Positions 50,421-63,100 of a stretch of DNA of 64,000 nt are shown piece by piece. Location of the stretch: contig CM060732.1 in assembly GCA_030704615.1 (NCBI GenBank), forward strand, positions 35,774,001 to 35,838,000, in the 5' to 3' direction. Origin of the DNA: Takakia lepidozioides. Its lineage: Eukaryota > Plantae > Bryophyta. The first letter of the stretch is position 1, and every line of letters begins with the position of its first letter. The notes below the pieces were generated by a model that saw only the letters and a list, made by a program, of their open reading frames with translations, was not told the origin of the DNA and did not search any database. The translations under genes were made by a program, and so were the position numbers.

Positions 50421-51324
50421 TGAATGGCGGTAACGACCATCACTCTGTCTCAAGGAAACTCACCATGAATGGTGTGAAAGAATTCAACACATCTACACAA
50501 GCAAAGCTGAGACTGCCGTATTCAAAACAAAAGCGAGAGCGATAGCGAACGGCGTTAACGACAATCACAAAAGATAACGACCTGCCGGATCGGTGTTGTG
50601 TAATGACATACATGTGCAACTGATTGGTGGCAACGACATTCAGTGTAGTTTAGGGCGGATAGTAAGTGCAGACTCTCTCTTCAAACACGTATGTACATAA
50701 ATCTCATGAGGAGAATCGAATGGCGTTAACGACGCTCGCAATTCAGTAGTTCCTGCTAAAGAAGGGAAGAGGAAGGACTCCTTGAAAGGCAATCAGACAG
50801 ACTGTATGATCTGAACACCAGTGAATGACTGTACCGATAGTCACCAACTCATTGTGCTGTAAACCCTTCGCAGAGGAGTAGAAAGCAAATCACCTTTGTG
50901 ATGGTCGGTAGCGACAATCCCTGTCTGGGACATTCCACTCAATCTCTACGCAACTTTCCAGGTGCGCATGATCATTGGTAGTAGTATATAGATACATTTA
51001 CTTAATCTGCAATCCCATTCTCAGATCCTGTGGCATGCTTCCAGGAAGTCGGCTTTGTTTTTGGGTTTATTGATGAGGTTCTGGTTAACGGTTTTACAGC
51101 TGCCGACACTGCACCTAGGGATACTCTGACCACTGGGCCCACAAGAAAAGTAATTAAAATGGACGGCTGCATATCTGGAAAGAATAACATAATATGCACA
51201 GTCGTTATCTAAGCTTCCTCCGCCATATTCTCTGCTCATTCTTCAACTGTGTTCTGGAGACATCAGTAAACCGATTTACACTAGATCTGCGATAACAAGG
51301 TACAAACGTACGCGAGGAAGGAAG

Positions 51325-54300
51325 ATGGCTTCCTCTGAAGCGGAGTTCTTCTCTGACGACAAACCAATGCCGTTCTCCCAGGAAGTCCTTGACAATGGAT
51401 TTGCAATTGTTCTGGAACATGTCTTGGCTACCCGTTTTCAGCTGCAGAATGGCTCCATCTTTTTGGAGAAAGAGGTGTACGATCTTAAAGGGAAGTTGGT
51501 GAAATATTCTTTCCAAAACCGTGATGAGACGGCTCATATCAGCCAGTGGAGAGTGCATCCTGGTCGATACAGAGTACTTGGAGAGCCTCGGCGAAAGTCC
51601 CTTGGGTCATATGTGACGCCCGAGACTGCTGCTTCGGTCGTTGAAGACAAGAGGGAGGTGGTGGTGAAAAAAGAACAGACGTCCTCCACTCCAATCGTTG
51701 AGCTTTCGGATTCTTCCGATGATGACATAAGTGAAATTCCAAATCCAGTCCTTCCTACTGTGGTTGGAGAAGCTGATGAAGAAGAGATTTGTAGTGTCAT
51801 TCCAAAATTGCGGGCGATGGGAGGAATGGCTAGATTCAAAAGTGAGTTGCGGGGAATTGATTGGGAATCTTTGAAGCAGGTGCCTGTGAAGTTCTTGCCG
51901 GAGACTTTTGATGGCGATATCCTATTCGAGCTGCCTCCTCCTCCTCGAGTTGGAGGTGTAACAATCATGATGCATGGAATGGACAAGAAACACGACGGGC
52001 ACCCGTGGTGCAGAACAAAAACATCCAATATTCAGAATGATGACAAGCTTGTTTTCAGGAGGACAGTTTGTAATGGACACCTTAGGTGTGATAATTTGAA
52101 TTGCAGACACTTTCTTCAGTCTGGGGTTCATAATCAAAGCGAATGGGAGGGTCTGGCGGAAAATCCATTTCAGCCTGGGACTACCCCTCCACCGGCAAAC
52201 ACTTTCATCTGCAAATTCTGCAAACTTGTGCCATCCTGTTTGGCGCTCTGCGGAGCAAGAATGTACTATGTTGTCCACCGTTTGAATACAATGACGAGAG
52301 CTTGTGTGCATTTTGGATTCCATAACCATCCTGTCTCGAAGGGGGATTACAGGGAGAGTGTTGAGACAGTATCGAGGTTGATCAAACAGGAGTTCGGGAG
52401 AAACCCATCCGCAACAACATCTGCAATTGCTCTTGGCGCAAGCAAGTCCTTCTTGGAAAGCCATATTTTGAGTGAATGAGATTCTGTGGGGACTAAACTT
52501 GACGGTGCAGCATTGGACCTGGTCATGGATCATTTATCCACTTTAAGTTCACCTAACATTCGGCATCAGATCAATGCATTGAGAATGGGCTCTGGGATCA
52601 GAGGCTACATAGACAATATTTTGGAATTGAAACGAGTGAGCAAGTACGATTACATCCAGGACAATGTATTCCCAGGTCAAGGTGCCATCAAAGTTTTTCT
52701 TTTCAAAATGTCGACTGTTGGGGAAGGCAGTGGGGTTAGCCTCGTGAAGCGGATGCAGAAGACTAGGGACTTGCAAAACTGTTTTCTTATGTTTGATCAT
52801 GTGAAACGAGTGAAGGATTGGATGACAATGGCTTGTCATGTCTACGATCCAGTGTACCAACGAGTTATGACAATTGCAGTTTGTGACATGCAATCCGAGG
52901 ATACGGAATCCCAGAAGCTCATGTGGAATTCCCTGATACGTGTCATGGGCTGCCATCTCCAAATTTCGCAGGTTTCATGGCGGATAGTGCTCAAGCAAAT
53001 TTCAATGCTGTTCGTATTGTCTTCGGATCGGGCGACCCAAAAGTGCCTATGCCAGGAAGAGAGCGTACATGTCTATTCCATTGGACACAATCTCTGGAAA
53101 AACATACAAAGTCGGACATCAAACCAGAGATGCAGACTCAGCACCGTAAATTGTGCAAAGAGTACAAAGATGCTAGAACAATGAAGGAGGCGGACACTTT
53201 GTTCCAGACAATTCGTGCATGGTGGTTCTCTTCTGGAGCTGCATCACTTGAGAGTATGAGAGCATTGGAAGATTGGCTGGCGTTTTGGCACTTCCGGTAT
53301 AGACAGTGGGGAGCAGCCATGACAATGGTACGAGGCTTCTATTTCATGCTTTATTCATACATTTGCTTTCCATATTTTTGACTCATTGCTTTCTTTATGT
53401 TGTTTCCTGTGCACTGTTCTGAAGTGTGGTTATCCTCTTTGTAGAACATGTCCATTGAGGAAATGGCAGACATGCCATCTTGCAATTTGGCAGAAACTGT
53501 GCATAACGCATGGTTGCAGCAGTCTGGGAAACGAGGTCGGGATTTGTATGTGGCAACAACAGATGATTTGATACGTGCCTTGCAACAACAAACTCGATAT
53601 CGTGATTTCTTACGAGGTGGGGTTGGTGGCAAGGGTCCGGACAAATGGGAGTTGATGTTGCGTGCTGCAAACAGATCTGGGGATCCAATCAAGATAGCAC
53701 GAGCGGTGAGCATGTATGCCTAGGGAACGCCACTTGTTTCTAGAGTTCCACATCTTGAAGGGGAGGAGAGATTCGGCTCCTGTAAGAGGAAATTGAACAC
53801 TCCACCTGGTTCGGATTCAGATTCCCACAGGGCAGACCGTGATAACTTCTCGAAGCCTCGTGTTCCCCTGCATGACAGCTCCATGTCCGGAACCTCCAAC
53901 ACGACGGCAAGCTCCAGCATCAAACAGTGCCACTGAAATGGTGCAGGAGAGAAACAACCCCCTTGATGTGCTTGAGTCCGCATGCCCCGACCACGTTTGG
54001 CACATAGAACGCACAAGTGTAGGGTCTCGTGTGAAATGTACAGCGATCAGGGCAACTAATTTCGAGAAGTGCACTTCATCTATATCCAGAGGTGGTGCCC
54101 GAACTCCTGCTTCGACTTTCACGGGCTTGATGCGTCCATACGGTCAACCAGAAGCCAAGAACCACAAGTTCTGGTTCTGCGCAGATGATTGTGCCAGATG
54201 TGTGCATGGAACTGTGCGTCCTTCCGAGTGATGAAGCCAACTCCTCCAACCGTTTGGCCCGTGAAGGTGGGAACACATCTCAGCTTTCAGGAGATTGAAA

Positions 54301-54806
54301 TGCTGGAGGAGGCAGGTTTTTCCCTTGCGAGACAACCCCAACTCCATGCATGTGCTACTACTTCTGCGTCCTCCCGGGTCCCCCCGGCGAATCCTGACTT
54401 GTGGCCAACCAAACGAGATGGAAAGCTCGTTCGGCGTTTCCCTCCAACCGCTGAACACTTTGGCAAAGTGGAGTCCGCAAGAATGCTCCAAGCTCGTGTT
54501 GGAAGCACCACGGAAGTACCCGATCTAGGATATGGTCGGGTATTCACAATCATCACTTCCACATCTGCTGTTCATGACAGGACCTACGACATCACGGTTT
54601 CCAATTTCCCCACATGTCCTGATTTTGTGAATATGCTATCAACCAGTTTGGGCAAGAGAGGTAAATTCATAGCCTGCAAACATTTGTATTTCATATTTTT
54701 GAGGAGGATGGTTTGCGATCCCAAACGTGACAACTTCATTCACCAGGCCACTATGAGTTTCAACGAGGTCGATACTCTTTTGCAGCGGGATACAACACAT
54801 GGGTAG
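51325..54806 (+). pseudogene. Mutator-like (MULE) transposase with GCM/WRKY-like Zn finger and C-terminal SWIM, disrupted
   Basis: DGHPW..CNGHLRCDNLNC..HFGFHNHP; catalytic-type MFDH, FMADSAQA, CLFHW, CNLAETVH; SWIM-like PTC..ACKHLYFIF. In-frame stops and frameshifts at ~52479, 52950, 53723, 54231. Confidence 0.78.
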
Positions 54807-55254
54807 CATGAACTATGTAATGTGGTATGTGGATGACCATGATTTGAAATGTGTAATTCACATCAATTCGTCGGCTGTGCAATGATATGGCCTCCAACTA
54901 TACGGAGTGAGCTCTGAGTGACAACTTTTAGGTAGTGTACATTTGTCATTGCACCGTTCGAAGTCTATATGTCTTGCTGTCGCTATGCACTACAATCATC
55001 TTTTGAAGATGATCCTAACTCTCATTGTTATTTGAGGAGGGAGGAAGGTCTTCCCGTGGCAGCCTTTATGGCGCACACTTTGTGAGGATATTTTGTCGTC
55101 CTCGTAATTGTAAAAGTGAAACAAGCATTTGTAATTGCACAATGTTGGATGCTGCAATTGTAGGCCTCAATGCTCGTCTTGATTCTATTTAGGCAAGATT
55201 CCCTGCATTAATTCCACGGTCATAGGACCATCCACGGTTATAGACGGCGCATGT

Positions 55255-55450
55255 TAATGGTGACGTGGCAGATGACGAACAGTGCCATGTCATCATTTAC
55301 CGCCACATCAGCATGCTGACATGACGCTCACGCCACGTCAGCGTGTGTGCAGGCTCTCGCCACGTCAGCTGGCGTGAGCGTACGCTCACGCCACGTCACT
55401 CCTGCGTGAGCATATGCTCGCGCGCTCACGCGCAACGCTCACGCCATTGC
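55255..55450. repeat. Cluster of GCCACGTCA / GCTCACGC motifs (probable transposon subterminal repeats); second cluster at 56910-57040
   Basis: Multiple GCCACGTCA and CGTGAGC/GCTCACG copies in both orientations. Confidence 0.65.
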
Positions 55451-56030
55451 GTCGTTGGGAAGCATGCTCCACACATGCCTTACGGGGGAACCAGCCCCTT
55501 CCTTCCTTTCTTGCATTCCCAAACCTGAAAGTACAAGCCTTCAACAGGCTGAAAGCATGCTCCACACATGCATTGCTCTCACATAAGGGAAGTCAGCCCT
55601 TCCCTCTTCCTTGCTTGCCCTCCAAGCTTGAAGATGGAAACTTCAATGAGCTGAATACATGCTCCACACATGCAACCTCTTCACAGAAGAGGTATCAGCC
55701 CCCTATCTTGGCTCCTTAGCTCCTTGATGCTCTCTAAGACAAGACTAAGTACTCCACAGCCCTTGCCAAGCTCCTGAAACCCTAAGGCTTACATTTCCAG
55801 CCACAAGACACTCATCTTGTGGTACAAGAGCTCTTTTTCCAAGCTCTGAAACCCTAGGTGCACATTCCATGGCTTTGTCGCACCTCTTAGCTCCTATTCC
55901 AGCCCTGCTCTTGCCATGACAAGAGCCCTCTCAATGCTGAAGCTTGAGATTGAAACCCAATCTCAACATACTCCACAAAGTGCACTGATTTGCCCCAAGC
56001 CAAATCAGCCCTTTCGCTTGGTCTTGCAAT

Positions 56031-56259
56031 CCTGCAGCATGGTGCTTTCATCTCTGAAGCTAAAGATCAAATGCCAAGGTCTACCACCTCGTAACCCACA
56101 TCGCCTCCGCTTCTAACAACCAAGAGCTCCACGGTGCTCCTTGCCTAACAACCTGCAACATGGTGCTTTCATCTCTGAAGCTGAAGATCGAATGCCAAGG
56201 TCTACCACCTCGTAACCCACATCGCCTCCGCTTCTAACAACCAAGAGCTCCACGGTGCT
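56031..56259. repeat. Tandem duplication, period ~121 bp (56031-56138, 56152-56259)
   Basis: Near-identical ATGGTGCTTTCATCTCTGAAGCT...AAGAGCTCCACGGTGCT units. Confidence 0.9.
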
Positions 56260-56670
56260 TGCCCTAAAAACAGTGTGAGGCACCACACACTGTTTTCAAA
56301 CATCTGTGGTGCATGTTTTCCCTGCAGCTGCCCATCACTTACAAAGTTTTTTAATATATATATATATATATATTTAACTTGCACCATAGCTGCCCTGAAA
56401 ACAATGTGCGACAACCCATCCCACACAAGATTTTTTTTTTTTCTTAAACCTGCACCGTAGATGCCCTAAAAACAGTGTGCGGCACCGCACACCGCACACT
56501 GTTTCTAAGGCGTCTGCGGTGCACGTTTTCTCTGCAGCTGCCCATCCCTTACACCGTTTTTTTTTTTTTTTTTTTTTTTTTCTCGTTCCCACGCACATGC
56601 CCTGAAAACAGTGTGCGACACCGCACACTGTTTTTGGGCATCTGCGGTGCTCTGCAGATGCCCATCCCAC
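56260..56670. repeat. About 4 dispersed palindromic units AAAACAGTGTG..CACACTGTTTT separated by T/AT runs
   Basis: Units start at ~56262, 56392 (partial), 56463 and 56599. Confidence 0.7.
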
Positions 56671-57054
56671 ATGCGCAAATTTTTATTTATTTTTTTGCAT
56701 GTAAGTACTCAGAACACTCTCCCGAAAGGCAAAAAATGACCTGCAGGTGAGGAAGAGGCAAAAGAAAGGGGAAGGGGAAAGGAACCCAAATAGGTCTCTT
56801 TTCATTATCGGTTTGTTTGGAACATGCGGCATAAGTCGGCATACTGTAAATGTTTATTCCCACGGTATTAGGTCCCTTGGGTATATGCACCTTTTCTTTC
56901 GCCAAACATCTGCTGACATGGCAGACGCTCACGCTTACGTGGCGTGAACGCCACGTCATGCAGATGGAGCCTGGGCTCACGCCACGTCAGCTAGCGTGAG
57001 CTCAGCTCCTAGGCTCATGGGGCTGGGCTCATGATCTAGCTGCCCTTTTTTTCG

Positions 57055-58120
57055 AGGAGTGCTCATTTTCCTGTGCCTTTGGCATGTCTGGAGAGCTTGG
57101 GTGAAGCAATCACGTAAGAAAACCAAAGATCATGTCATTGCGGCAAACTTGCTGAAAGATATAGGAGACCTCATGTACTGTAGAGGTGGACCAAACAATC
57201 CCAAAAAAAGACTTGCGTGGGTTGCAACAACAATCCGAGGCATGAGAAAGAAATATCCGTACGGGCATGAATTTCTGGACTACATCAACACCGAATGGGC
57301 TCTTAAAATAACAATGTGGTGTACAGCAACTCCCTATGTTCCACACGTTAGTCAAGACATAAATGCTAGCATTGAGGTATACCATGGAAACTTGAAGGCA
57401 AGACTGAGGATGGGGAAAGGCAAAATGACAGGGCGTAGAGTCGATTGGCTGATATGAGAACTCACTGCCGTGTGCTAACACATTATTGGTACGCAATTCA
57501 CTTGAAGACTCGCGGATTCATAAGGAATGACAAACATGAAACTTACATGTCCAGTTCTGTCTTTGCGGCACGCGACATCCCAGCTTGCAATGTTATTCTT
57601 CCGCTGCATCTTGGACAACCAGCGTATGTTCTAAGCACCAATTAACCAAACACAACTTACGTTGTTTACAACCCCACCTGCGACTGGGTGTCTTGCACTT
57701 GCCCATGGCCAGTGAAGGGTAATATGTGCAAACATCAAATCCGAGTTCTGAAGTTGCTTCATCCACACTTGCAGGAATGACTCATAATACGCGCTTGTGG
57801 CACGGCGCTGGGAACCATTCATGGATGATTGCATAATCTGCTGTGGCATAATGCGAGCGGCGACGACCAACAGGGTTTGGGAAATGCATATGACGGACCT
57901 TCCACATATGACTTTCCCTATGATGTGGAGCATGTCCTCGTACCAGCTTCCATGGACGAAGAATTTGCAGACATACTTCACATTGTTGACGATGACAAAT
58001 ACTTGGAGAAACATGTGTTGTCATGTCTTCAAATCTGTAGGGGGCAGTTTGTTGATATCTTGGCCAAGACTGCTGCAGGAATGTTGCATCATGCGGCAGC
58101 AAAAACTTCCTTAATGTAAA
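57055..58120 (+). pseudogene. Second MULE transposase fragment (C-terminal part with SWIM)
   Basis: LCLWHVWRAW (CxxH), INASIEVYHGNLK (catalytic E region), RRVDWLI, SWIM CTCPW..GNMCKHQI. Disrupted; the N-terminal part is absent. Confidence 0.8.
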
Positions 58121-58499
58121 TGACAACAACAATATGTCGCTGAAAATGAAACATGATTTCGTGGAAGCATGGAAAATGTGACCCAGAGTCTTGTGGAAAA
58201 CAGGCAAGAGGGTTGGTGCCCCAACACCTGCAGCACATATATAATCCACAATCCGTAAGGTTGCAGACCGTATATCTGTTGTAAAGTAGAGTCCAAAATG
58301 CAGGAAATGCTACACTGTCATTCTCCCGATGAAATAAAAAATCTGCAGTATGATTGCATGTGCACAAGACTTTGCTCAATAGACATTTAGTTTGCCCAGC
58401 ACACCAAGTGAACACATTCATAATGCCCATCGTGTGGGCTAAGTCTGTTGGATTTAGTGTACGAGCTGTCAGACTGCTCACCAGTTTGTTATTCAGTGT

Positions 58500-58930
58500 C
58501 ATGAACAGACCAGTATTCCAACTCGTCTACTGAACAGTCTGTCAAACAGTCTTGTACCGAATCTCCGCGGTCTTCTAACCAGTCTGTTGTCTTCGAACTA
58601 GATACATTTGCAGTCTCTGAACTAGTCTGTTGAATGTCTTCTAACCCAAGTATCTGCGGTCTTCTATCCAGTCTGCTGGCAAACTTCTAACCAGACACAT
58701 TGGCGATGTCAAACCAGTCTGCTGACAGTCTTCTAACCAGAGTCTCCGTAGTCTTCTAAGCAGTCTGTTCATAGTCTTCTAACCAATTTGACCTGTTCAT
58801 CACCAGACTCCATGTAGTCTTCAGCCAGGTTCCATTCACATATATTCTTTATTCATGTAGTCGGCCGAGCAGTCAGGTGACCAGTCTGCTGACTAGACTA
58901 CGGTCTGTCTGTTCACTACTACAGTCCCGG
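58500..58930. repeat. Degenerate tandem array of CTTCTAACCAGTCTG-like motifs
   Basis: Repeated TCTTCTAACC / CCAGTCTG motifs. Confidence 0.6.
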
Positions 58931-59289
58931 TCTGCTCGAAATCGTAATGGACTGTACTACATACGGCTGTCGACAAATGGACTGTACAACAAAACAACGC
59001 AGAACCCAGAGCCAACAACAGTATTCATCATGAGTTAATGGATGAGTAAGCGAAGGCATCAACATTCTTTATAGCAATACAAAGACTTCACGGAACATGT
59101 ACAAAGACTTCGCAAGTCTACGTCCTATCTGTCATCCAGCTTTCTCCAAACTTTGCAAACCGTGCATGATATACTTTGCACACTGCAGTCTCTGGCCAAG
59201 TGCAAACTTAAAAGTAAATCAGGTTGACGTAAACGACACTCCCTTCTCTGCCTTTCTACTCTTATCGACCAAGTGGCTTTGGCTTTTAC

Positions 59290-59500
59290 CCATTCATAAA
59301 ACACTTGAATGAATGACATAACGTAAAAGCCACATTCCCAACTGAATGGTTGCTGGGGCACTTCGTGCTGGTGGAGTTGAAAGACACAAACAATCTCCTG
59401 CCACTCTAGTGACGAAACCGAATAGCCCAAACACTCTGCACGCGCAAGCAGCTTCCGAATCCATGGCAGAATAAATGGAGCATCATGCAGATTTGCAAAC
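59290..59500 (-). pseudogene. Ulp1/SENP-like cysteine protease C-terminal fragment (transposon-associated)
   Basis: VPQQPFSWECGFYVMSFI matches the Ulp1 QQ..[DE]CG motif; adjacent to the MULE transposase, as in KAONASHI-type MULEs. Confidence 0.6.
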
Positions 59501-59672
59501 ATTGTCGAACAGGTAGTTTAAGCGGACTTTCCGTTTTCAGTATATCATCGCCTTTTGTTTCCACGTCCATGCCATGTACAGCACAGAGGACACGCTACAG
59601 AACCTGCAAGAAACCCGTCGCAGTACCCTGGACACGATCGACAACGTGCCCCGCGCAACATGCGCACGTTCG
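59492..59672. repeat. Right copy of the ~180-bp inverted repeat (partner 43641-43822)
   Basis: See the left copy. Confidence 0.85.
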
Positions 59673-60183
59673 AGGCAGCTACTTCCTTGTCGCCAAATGG
59701 TCGCCAAAAGAGAAGAACACTTAGTGGGTCGGGATCAACCCTTTCACTTCATACTTGACCAGAGCTGACCAACCCTGGTCGTTCATACCGACCGCGATCC
59801 AAGATATTCAGGAACCGTCCATATATTAAAATGCAACGGTCCGGATTGTTTGTTTAGACACTTAGGGCTGGAAATCCTTGGTGGTTTTCGTTCCGGGCCG
59901 GGCCAATACGAACGCCCGATTGGCGAGGAACCCGGACGGCACCTTGGCTGTCGGCGCCTCTCGTCTCGCAGCGCAAACCCTGAACCCTCTCCACACATCC
60001 CTGTGCGCAGCGCGGGAGGAATTGAAGCTGCTGCCTTCTCCTTCTCGTGCTGAAGAATTCTGTGGGAGGCAGCTGCAGATCAGCTGTGCAGCAGACGTGC
60101 ACAGGAAGCGGGATTCGTGGTAGCAGCTGACGATCGTGGCGTCCAGAAAATGCACAGAGGCGGGCATCCGCAGATTACTGCGG

Positions 60184-63100
60184 ATGCCAGCAATGGCTGC
60201 CGGCCCCGGCAGCCTTGCTCATCCCGTGCCTCTGTCTATTGAACGCACTATACGCAGCCTGGCTGGCAGTGCGAGACAGTGCTCTTCGGCATTGTCGCTG
60301 ATCGCATGTGATGCAGGCCAGCTGGAGGGGAGCGAGCCTCCCCTTCAGGGTCCGATTTCGTTTCCTAGGGATGGATTGGTACCAGGGGAGAGATTGTGGG
60401 CATTTGAGACTGCTCGGGGCCTGCATTCGTCAACAGGGATACACAAGGCAGCAGCAGCAGAGAGCAGTGAAGCGGCCAGTGACTTCCCTCCCCTTCCGGA
60501 GTGGTCGGAGACCGACGGGGCCGCGTTCTCGCCAAGTAGTGACAACAGGGTGTTTGGGTACCCGTCGGAGGACAGGCATCAAGATACTTTCCGTGGAAGG
60601 AATGATAGGGAGGGTAGGGGGGTACACGCGACTAAACCGGCGGCTGCCGTTGATGAATTGGCTATTGCCAGTTTGGGAGTCTCTGAAGAAATTGTTGCTG
60701 CCCTTGCCAAGCGTGGGATTACGCACCTTTTCCCCATTCAGGTGTGTGATTTGCTGTAGAAGGCAATGGAGGCAACTAGAGATTGCAGGTCTTGCTAATC
60801 TCTACCAATATTCTCAATTGGGGTGGTGATAATGGTTAGGACTGCCCCCATGAAAGGGTATCGCTTGGTAGTCTTACCTCAACACGAAACAACAACTTTT
60901 GTTATTTTAGATCGCACAATGAGAAGTATTCATTTGAAAGATCGTCTATGCTGCAAAGCTTGTAGTTGTTGTCCTTACGGTGGTGCTCATGAACTTCTAA
61001 GGTTTTCCTGTATAATCGTAGCATAACTTCAGCATATGAGTATCCTGAGTCTAATGAGGGCACTTCTGAATCGTATGACTTGTGCTCCACGGATTAATGT
61101 CCATGTATGGATTGCATTTTGTGGTTTTTAAGCATAGCATTGGGGGGATGGTTGGACAGAGGGCTGTTTTAGAGCCTGCAATGAAAGGACGTGACCTCAT
61201 TGCCCGCGCCAAGACTGGCACTGGGAAAACTCTTGCCTTTGGCATTCCAATCATCCGGCATATAGTAGAGGAGAATGATCAAAACCGGCTAGTCAGGTGT
61301 GCTCTTCCTGTCATGATGAGATCAGATATTTTGTGCTTCATTTCATATATCTGCAGGTTACTTTTTTGAGAAGTGTAATCTCCGCCTTTTTGCTGGGCCT
61401 CTTTCTACATTTTTGTTTGTCTCATATCTCACTAGCGCACATCCCAGGATCTGTCTTTGTAAATCCTAACTTGAACTGTGGGTGAGAGAAGGCACCGTGT
61501 TGGGAGACCGCCACGTTCACTGGTTCTGGCTCCCACCCGGGAGTTGGCAAAGCAAGTGGAGCGGGAGTTTATGGAGTCTGCACCAATGTTGTCCACAATA
61601 TGTGTATATGGTGGTGTGTCCATCATCTTGCAGCAGAGGCAGCTGCAGCGCGGTGTGGATGTGGCAGTAGGCACACCCGGACGAATCATTGATTTGATTG
61701 ACCGCGGGTCATTGAACCTGCAGGATGTGCGCTTCCTGGTTTTGGATGAGGCTGACCAAATGCTGGCAGTTGGGTTTGAGGAAGATGTGGAGCGCATTCT
61801 AGAGAGGCTGCCCCAGCATCGGCAGGGAATGTTGTTTTCAGCCACAATGCCTGCATGGGTGAAAAAACTTGCACGGAAGTACTTGAGGGACCCCTTGCTC
61901 ATTGACCTGGTATTACCCTGTCTTTTGTTATATGTTGCATGATATACGGAGATGTGGTTGTGTTTCTGAAGGTTTTAGGTCTTATTGTGAGTGATATGTG
62001 TGTTTTGAGTTGAGCTTAATTGGTCTTATTCTGAAATTCTTCTACTTGTTAAGGATAGTAAGGTCAATTGTGGCACGATTCAGAGTTGGTGCCAACTGCA
62101 GACTTCACTGATGGATTGATTATGCAATTGGCAGGTTGGGGATTCAGATGAGAAGTTGGCAGAGGGCATCAAGATCCATGCTATTTCAACAGTGCCTGCT
62201 GCCAAGCGTGCCATTCTGCATGATCTAATAACAGTGAGTACAGGCTTCAACACTCCTGTTGGTTTGACAAGGCACTAAGTTTAAAGAATCACTATTGGCA
62301 AACCTAGTTGGATGCCCCCAAAATTATTCATTTTATCCACAACTAAAATCCTTGGGTCGGCCTGGTTTGGCAGGTGTATGGCAAAGGGGGGAAGTCAATT
62401 GTGTTCACACAAACAAAAAGAGATGCAGATGAAGTTGCATTGGCAATGGGGCGGACAGTGGGCTGTGAGGCCTTGCACGGTGACATCTCCCAGAATCAGC
62501 GGGAGAAGACACTTGATTCTTTTCGTGAAGGCAAGATTTCAGTGCTGGTGGCTACTGATGTGGCCGCGCGGGGACTCGATGTCCCAAATGTGGACCTGGT
62601 TTGCTGCTACCTCCCTAAATCCCTTACCCATAATCTGTCAGTATGAGCCATGTTTGCAAGTGAGTCTGAACACATCTGTTCATTTCAGTTGCGGGTCCGC
62701 TATTTCCTAATGCATTCAGTTTCTGCAAAGTGATCAGTAACAGTTTGCTGTTTTGTTTGTTGGGGCCTCCCTCCTCCCTCATCTTTTATAGGTTGACAGT
62801 CCTCCCTTGGTCAGCTTGTTTGTTTTCAGTAGACTTGGGTATATTAGCCTAGCAGATGTTTGCTGACAAGTATGTCAGGTGCTGATGGAAAGAAGATAGG
62901 TACCAGTGGTGGCAATGTTTTGTCCTACCTGGCTTTTGAAGCTTTTTTTGGAAGTACTTCACGCCATATTAATAGTTCCCCATGGCTGAGTTTCAGGTTA
63001 CAGGCGTATTCGGTCTGACATAGAACTTGGGATGGGGAACTTGCAGGTGATACACTATGAGATACCCAATGATCCTGAGACATTTGTGCATCGCACTGGT

